A DNA stretch of 42,497 bases, from contig JBEKXF010000029.1 of assembly GCA_049512315.1 (NCBI GenBank), positions 1 to 42,497 on the forward strand, in the 5' to 3' direction. Shown here piece by piece: positions 37,395-42,497 of this stretch. Each line of letters starts with the position of its first letter. The stretch's first letter is position 1. Made by a program: the position numbers and the translations under genes. The DNA comes from Candidatus Aminicenantales bacterium. GTDB lineage: Bacteria; Acidobacteriota; Aminicenantia; Aminicenantales; Saccharicenantaceae. The notes under the pieces were generated by a model. The model was not told the DNA's origin and did no database searches. It saw only the letters and a program-made list of their open reading frames with translations.

Positions 37395-38558
37395 ATGCAA
37401 AAATATATGATGCCACGCAAGGTAAGATTCGTCGAACCGGGTAAATTATATAGGATGCTCAAGAGAGAACTTGATGCGGCCTATCTCGAGTGTATGAAGA
37501 AAGGGGATCTCATCGACAGAAGTCAGTTGCGGCAATTTGAAGAGAATCTAGCAAATTACGTAGGCACAAAATATGCGGTGGGCCTTAATAGTGGATATGA
37601 TGCTCTGCATTTATCCCTGAGGGCCGCAGGCATTGGCCCCGGGGACGAGGTGATCGTCCCGGCTCACACGTTCGTTGCGACATGCTCTGCCGTCGCTAAC
37701 GTGGGAGCCGCGCCTGTTCTTGTTGATGTGGGAACGGATTTTAACATGGATTGTGCCAAGATTGAGGAGGCAATTTCACCACGAACTCGTGGCATAATCC
37801 CCGTGCACTTAAGTGGCTACATGGCGGACATGGTCCAGGTGATGGACATCGCGGGAAAACATCACTTAGTTGTCGTAGAGGATGCGTGCCAGAGCTTAGG
37901 TTCGAGCATGGTTGACCAATTGACGGAGGTCGGGTGCAAAGAATTATCGGGAACTCGAAGGAAGGCAGGCGCGTGGGGCCTCACGGGATGTTGGAGTTTC
38001 TATCCCTTCAAGATACTCGGGGGATATGGCGACGGAGGCGCCATAACGACGGATGACCCAGACGTCGCCCTTTTCGTGACCCGCATGCGCTATAACGGTG
38101 AGGATCGCGATACAGGAGAGTATCACGGCCACGGCTTCACGTGCTTGCTGGATAATCTCCAGGCTGCGTTCCTGGATGTTAAGCTGAAGTATTTGCCAGA
38201 ATGGATCGCGCGGCGCAAGGCCATTGCGGAAAAATATAGTGCGGCCTTGTCGGGCGTACCTGACATGCTCTTGCCCCATTACGACGATCCCCGGCGGGAC
38301 CATGTCTATCAAAACTACACCGTGCGATCGAAACAGGGGAATGCTTTTTCCGAATTTCTCAAGGCTAATGGCGTAGAAGTGCTGACCCAGTTCCGGAAGC
38401 CCTATTACCAGCATGAGGCGCTGAAGCTAAAGGACCGGGGCTTCCCCGAGACTGAAGCCATCAGTCGGGAGGTCTGTTCCCTGCCCATGAACGTGGAGAT
38501 CGATGACAAGGACGTGGATTATGTGATCGAAATGGTGAGGAAGTTCTACGAAATTTAG
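37395..38558 (+). CDS. DegT/DnrJ/EryC1/StrS PLP aminotransferase
   Basis: NSGYDAL, HTFVAT, VEDACQ, SFYPFKILG.YGDGG, LDNLQAA and SLPM motifs. Confidence 0.93.
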   Translation: MQKYMMPRKVRFVEPGKLYRMLKRELDAAYLECMKKGDLIDRSQLRQFEENLANYVGTKYAVGLNSGYDALHLSLRAAGIGPGDEVIVPAHTFVATCSAVANVGAAPVLVDVGTDFNMDCAKIEEAISPRTRGIIPVHLSGYMADMVQVMDIAGKHHLVVVEDACQSLGSSMVDQLTEVGCKELSGTRRKAGAWGLTGCWSFYPFKILGGYGDGGAITTDDPDVALFVTRMRYNGEDRDTGEYHGHGFTCLLDNLQAAFLDVKLKYLPEWIARRKAIAEKYSAALSGVPDMLLPHYDDPRRDHVYQNYTVRSKQGNAFSEFLKANGVEVLTQFRKPYYQHEALKLKDRGFPETEAISREVCSLPMNVEIDDKDVDYVIEMVRKFYEI

Positions 38559-38576
38559 CTGCTAGGGGAGGATGCT

Positions 38577-39737
38577 ATGACGCTGGCTTTGAGCAAGAGG
38601 AAAGAATGGGTGCTCCAGTCCGAGATCCGAAACATGTCCATCGAGTGTGATCGGATCTCCGGCATCAACCTATCGCAAGGAGTGTGCGATACAGAGGTGC
38701 CTATATCGGTGCGCCAGGCTGCCAAGGCGGCAATAGATGCCGGCATCAACATATACACGCGCTATGATGGCTTGGCGGAACTTCGCCAGGCCATCGCGGT
38801 CAAGCAGAAGCGATTTGTCGGGATGGACGTAGATCCGGAACGCGAGATCATCGTCAGCGCCGGGGCTACGGGGGCTCTTTACTGTGCCTGTCTAGCCCTG
38901 TTGAACCCGGGGGATGAGGTCATTGTTTTCGAGCCCTACTACGGCTACCATATCAGTACATTTGTCGCTACGCAGGCTATCCCCGTATACATACGGCTGG
39001 AGCCTCCCGATTGGGCCTTTACGGAGGAAGTCTTAGACGCCGCCATCACAGCCCGGACTCGGGCGATCATGATCAATACTCCAGCGAATCCCTCTGGGAA
39101 GGTCTTTAGCGCGCCAGAGTTAGAGTCGTTGGCCTCGTTCGCAATTCGTCACGACCTTTTCGTATTTACTGATGAGATCTATGAGCACTTCCTCTACGAC
39201 GGACGGCGGCACTTCCCTCCTGCCACTTTGCCTGGAATGCGGGAGCGAACGATCACAATCTCCGGGCTGTCTAAGACCTTCAGTATCACAGGCTGGCGGA
39301 TCGGCTATTGTCTTTGCGATTCCCGTTGGACTCAGACCATCGGGTACTTCAATGATCTTATATATGTGTGCGCTCCGGCACCATTGCAGATGGGCGTGGC
39401 CAAAGGCTTGATGGAATTAGAAAAAACTTATTACGATTCTCTCTCCCAGCAGTACATGGAGAAAAGAGATATGGTCTGTAATTGCCTAGGCGACGTAGGA
39501 CTGACGCCTTTCGTCCCTCAAGGAGCTTATTATGTGTTGGCCAATATCTCCCGGTTACCGGGGAAAAACAGCAAGGATCGTGCTATGCACCTACTTCGGC
39601 AGACCGGCGTGGCTTGCGTGCCCGGCGAAGCCTTTTACCATGATAGCAGCGGAGAATCTCTTGCACGGTTTTGCTTTGCCAAGGCGAACCAGATCCTTAC
39701 AGAGGCCTGTCGCAGGCTCGCGAATTTGAAGTTATGA
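38577..39737 (+). CDS. Class I/II PLP-dependent aminotransferase
   Basis: INLSQG, NTPANPSGKV, TDEIYE, SKTFSITGWRIG, PQGAYY and RFCFAK motifs. Confidence 0.93.
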   Translation: MTLALSKRKEWVLQSEIRNMSIECDRISGINLSQGVCDTEVPISVRQAAKAAIDAGINIYTRYDGLAELRQAIAVKQKRFVGMDVDPEREIIVSAGATGALYCACLALLNPGDEVIVFEPYYGYHISTFVATQAIPVYIRLEPPDWAFTEEVLDAAITARTRAIMINTPANPSGKVFSAPELESLASFAIRHDLFVFTDEIYEHFLYDGRRHFPPATLPGMRERTITISGLSKTFSITGWRIGYCLCDSRWTQTIGYFNDLIYVCAPAPLQMGVAKGLMELEKTYYDSLSQQYMEKRDMVCNCLGDVGLTPFVPQGAYYVLANISRLPGKNSKDRAMHLLRQTGVACVPGEAFYHDSSGESLARFCFAKANQILTEACRRLANLKL

Positions 39738-39904
39738 GAGAAGATGGCCGAACACCTGATTGCCCCAAATCTATAAGAAATCCAAATGTTTTTCCTTCGA
39801 ACATGTAGATGACAACTTGTCCAAAAGCGGCCATGAACCTGACGTAGATATTCCCATCATATTCAATTGAGTCTGGCCGGGGAAGAAGCTTTTCCGGAAA
39901 CTGA

Positions 39905-40104
39905 TCAACGAATATGCTGATGGAAGGGAAGGTAACTCATTGACAATCTTATGGATATCGTCCCTACTATCAGCCGGACACACTGGCAAGTAGTCCCAGA
40001 GCAGGAGTTTAAGCACAGGCTTGGACGAGAAGCTCTTGCCGCTACGATAGTTCTGATCGTGAGTGGCTTGAGGATTTCATTCACCGAAACATGGAAGGGC
40101 CTTG
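39905..40104 (+). pseudogene. Possible degraded GT4 C-terminal fragment
   Basis: Frame-hopping pieces DGREG / LIDNLMDI / RLGREALAA / RYD resemble a GT4 C-terminus; heavily degraded. Confidence 0.3.
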
Positions 40105-40218
40105 AGCTCGAAACGAATTGAAAGAACGCGGCGTGGAGGCTTGGCCCGTTCCGCATTCAGCCATCGCTCGTCATCGCCAACACCCGGATCGATTCGAACG
40201 TCTTCTATTCGCCAGCCG

Positions 40219-40356
40219 ATCCGCATAATCACGCGCAAGGAAAAGGCGGGAGAAGAGCAGAAGTCTAAGATCGACCTGAAGAAAATCATCAAGGGAAATA
40301 CGATGGATATCCGGGTGCAAGAGGGCAACGTCTCGTATGTGTCGGGGTCGTTTTAA
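40219..40356 (+). pseudogene. 3' remnant of a Wza/SLBB polysaccharide export gene
   Basis: IRIITRKEKAGEEQKSKIDLKKIIKGNTMDIRVQEGNVSYVSGSF* resembles the SLBB terminal motif 'IDL..I..G...DI.LQ.GDV.YVP.S.F'. Confidence 0.65.
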
Positions 40357-40490
40357 TAGGCACTAGCCCGCGCTCCAGACCTCGCTCCCGTATCGCGCCC
40401 ACAAAATCCCCTGTTGCCTCTTACTGCGGAGCCCTGCCACTAAGAATCTCGTATAGGCCCGAATTTGCCCGCAAAATAATGGCTATGATA

Positions 40491-40705
40491 CATCAGCAGG
40501 AATCCGCCGCCCCAGGCGCCGAGCAGCTTCGCCCCCAGCACGTGCCTCTCAATCCGCGCCCTCAGCCTCTCGATGACGGGCGTCGTGTGCTCCGGGTCGA
40601 GGTCCACGTTTAACCTCCAGGCGACATCGATCAGCGCCCCGAACCTCTCGATGTCCCTCGTCGCCATGGGCGCGGCCATCAGCGGCGGGAACGCGTGGAG
40701 CCGCG
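40491..40705 (-). pseudogene. Internal fragment of a GHMP sugar kinase (fucokinase/heptose kinase-like)
   Basis: FGALIDVAWRLN..LDP..T.P.IE.L......VLGAKLLGAWGGGFLLM is the GHMP C-terminal GAGGGG motif with a G-to-W change; both ends are missing. Confidence 0.7.
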
Positions 40706-40803
40706 CTGGACAGAGTGGAAAAGTAACCTAGGGACAGGCCGGAGGCCGGGATTTAACCTAAGTCCGGCACTCAGGCCGGCGCCATCTTTTTTGAATTTCC
40801 CTC

Positions 40804-40832
40804 TTGACAAACGCCTGCGGTAGCACTATTTT
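40804..40832 (+). promoter_or_regulatory. lexA promoter
   Basis: TTGACA-17 nt-TATTTT immediately upstream of lexA. Confidence 0.6.
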
Positions 40833-40836
40833 ATAA

Positions 40837-40860
40837 ATGGTGAACAAAATGGTAAACAAA
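40837..40860 (+). repeat. 12-bp tandem direct repeat, candidate LexA operator
   Basis: ATGGTGAACAAA ATGGTAAACAAA (11/12 identical) directly downstream of the -10 box. Confidence 0.5.
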
Positions 40861-41466
40861 TTGAGAAGGGAACTCACCCTCAGGCAGACGGCGGTCCTGC
40901 GGGCCGTCGAGGACTTCGTCCTCGAACACGGCTACGCCCCGACCGTCCGCGGCCTGGCCGCCTCGCTCCGGATGGCCAACCCCTCGGCCGTCTTCAAGCA
41001 CCTCCTGAGCCTCGAGCGGAAGGGCTATCTCACCCGCGAGGGCGGCGAGATCCGGGTCGCCGGCTTCCCGGCCCTCCTCGAGAGCCAGGTCAAGGTGCCG
41101 GTGGCCGGGCTCGTCCCGGCCGGCGGGCCGCGCGAGGCCTTCGAGGTCTCGGGCGAGGCCATGGACGTCCCGGCCTGGATGGTCGGCCGGCGGCGGGGCA
41201 ATATCTTCTGCATCCGGGTGGACGGCAAGAGCATGATCGACGCCTACATCGACGACGGCGACCACGTCCTCCTCGAACGGACGAACACGGCCAGCTCGGG
41301 GGAGATGGTGGTGGCCATGCTCGGCGACGGGTCGGTGACCCTGAAGCGCCTGCGGCAGGACGACGGCCGGGTCTATCTCGTGCCGGAGAACCCGGCCTTC
41401 CAGCCGATCGAGGCCGGGGACGCGAAGATCCTGGGACGGGTCGTCGGCGTGCTGCGGAAGTACTGA
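40837..41466 (+). CDS. lexA: LexA repressor
   Basis: LT.RQ, GYAPTVR, HL..LE.KGYL, Ala-Gly cleavage site (VPAGGP), catalytic Ser (RV.GKSM) and Lys (TLKR). True start could be 40837, 40849 or 40861. Confidence 0.95.
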   Translation: MVNKMVNKLRRELTLRQTAVLRAVEDFVLEHGYAPTVRGLAASLRMANPSAVFKHLLSLERKGYLTREGGEIRVAGFPALLESQVKVPVAGLVPAGGPREAFEVSGEAMDVPAWMVGRRRGNIFCIRVDGKSMIDAYIDDGDHVLLERTNTASSGEMVVAMLGDGSVTLKRLRQDDGRVYLVPENPAFQPIEAGDAKILGRVVGVLRKY

Positions 41467-41539
41467 GGGAACCGCGGCTCGCGGCTGACTTCGAAAAATT
41501 AAGACTGACCTAGATGAAAGGGAGAGGTGTCTTTTGACC

Positions 41540-42497
41540 ATGAATCGCCGGTACATCGTCCACATCGACATCGACGCCTTTTTCGCCGCCGTCGAGGTCC
41601 TGCTCAATCCGGCCCTCAAGGGACAGCCGGTCATCGTCGGCGGCCTGCCCCATGAGCGCGGCGTGGCCTCGACCTGCTCCTACGAGGCCCGCAAGTTCGG
41701 CGTCCACTCGGGCATGCCCCTCCGCCAGTGCCACCAGCTCTGCCCCCAGGGCGTCTTCGTCCGCGGCAGCTACCAGGTCTACCAGACTTTCTCCGAGCGC
41801 TTTTTCGGCGTCCTCCACACCTACACGCCCGACGTCGAGGAGGCGTCCCTCGACGAGGCCTACCTCGAGCTGACCCGCTGCGGCCATCTCTATCCGTCGT
41901 TCACGGAAGCGGCCCGGGCCATGAAGCGCCGGGTCGAGCGCGAGCTGGGCATCACGGTGTCGGTCGGCGCCGCCCCGAACAAGATCATGGCCAAGCTCGC
42001 GACCCGGAAGGCCAAGCCCGCCGGGTTCTTCGAGGTCGCGGCGGGCGAAGAGGAGGATTTCCTGCGCGGCCTTCCGATCGAGGCCCTGCCCGGCATCGGG
42101 CCCAAGGCCCAGGTCGTCCTGCGCCTGATGAACATCCACAGGCTCGGCGAGCTGTGGGGCCTGCCGCGGGCGACCCTCCGTTCCCTCTTCGGAGAGGGCG
42201 GCGAGGACCTCTATCTCCAGTCGCGCGGGATCGACAGCCGGGCCCTCGTCACGCGGACCCTGCCGAAGTCGGTCTCGCGGGAGACGACCTTCCTCGAGGA
42301 CCTCTGGGACCGGAAGATGCTCCTGGCCCACCTGGCCTACCTCTGCGACCGGCTGACGCTCGGCCTGCGGGAGGACCGCCTCTACGCCCACGTCATCGAG
42401 GTCAAGGCCCGCTACTCGGACTTCCGGACCGAGATCAAGCGGCGGCTGGTCCTGACGCCCCTCCAGGAGATGGGGAAGATCTACAAGATCGCCGAGG
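41540..42497 (+). CDS. dinB: DNA polymerase IV (Y family), 3' end outside window
   Basis: Manual translation gives MNRRYIVHIDIDAFFAAVE, RGVASTCSYEARKFGVHSGMP, SLDEAYL, SVG.APNK.MAKLA, KPAG and LPGIG; GGAGAGG RBS upstream. Confidence 0.95.
   Translation, partial: MNRRYIVHIDIDAFFAAVEVLLNPALKGQPVIVGGLPHERGVASTCSYEARKFGVHSGMPLRQCHQLCPQGVFVRGSYQVYQTFSERFFGVLHTYTPDVEEASLDEAYLELTRCGHLYPSFTEAARAMKRRVERELGITVSVGAAPNKIMAKLATRKAKPAGFFEVAAGEEEDFLRGLPIEALPGIGPKAQVVLRLMNIHRLGELWGLPRATLRSLFGEGGEDLYLQSRGIDSRALVTRTLPKSVSRETTFLEDLWDRKMLLAHLAYLCDRLTLGLREDRLYAHVIEVKARYSDFRTEIKRRLVLTPLQEMGKIYKIAE

Noticed and set aside
40724..40761. TAACCTA repeated upstream of lexA
   Set aside because: Only 7 bp, about 30 nt apart and upstream of the -35; insufficient evidence.
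40817..40825. GCGGTAGCA as a second ops site
   Set aside because: Incomplete consensus, and it lies in the promoter spacer, so it would not be transcribed.
41510..42391. 293-aa minus-strand ORF (also 40831-41634)
   Set aside because: Antisense shadows of dinB and lexA.
1..42497. CRISPR array, integron attC array, tRNA/rRNA, invertible promoter, defence system
   Set aside because: No regularly spaced repeats, integrase/invertase, flanking inverted repeats or recognisable RNA genes were seen by eye.

Overview
The window is mostly a ~38 kb mosaic Wzx/Wzy-type capsule or exopolysaccharide locus on the + strand (~1.2-40.4 kb). On the left it is flanked by a divergent secreted beta-helix protein gene that runs off the edge; on the right by a visibly more GC-rich lexA-dinB pair. 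The locus encodes Wzx, Wzc, a CpsB-type phosphatase, a Wzy/WaaL-like protein, four intact Leloir glycosyltransferases, a phosphoglycosyltransferase, CapD/PglF and a complete FnlABC-WbuB (L-FucNAc) set. It also has an unusually rich tailoring set: AsnB-type amidotransferase, B12 radical SAM, three DegT enzymes, class V and class I/II PLP enzymes, GNAT and a stand-alone TPP E1 alpha/beta pair. An intact IS256 (1315-2667, 8-bp target duplication) splits a GT-C-like membrane gene that can be rebuilt in frame. Non-coding highlights are a 59-bp promoter-plus-leader cassette present twice (with a possible third degenerate copy), a perfect ops consensus before wzx, and a 12-bp tandem repeat over the lexA start. 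Many intergenic gaps contain gene stubs or internally collapsed genes, suggesting gene-by-gene remodelling. All product calls come from motif recognition by eye; no database search was run.
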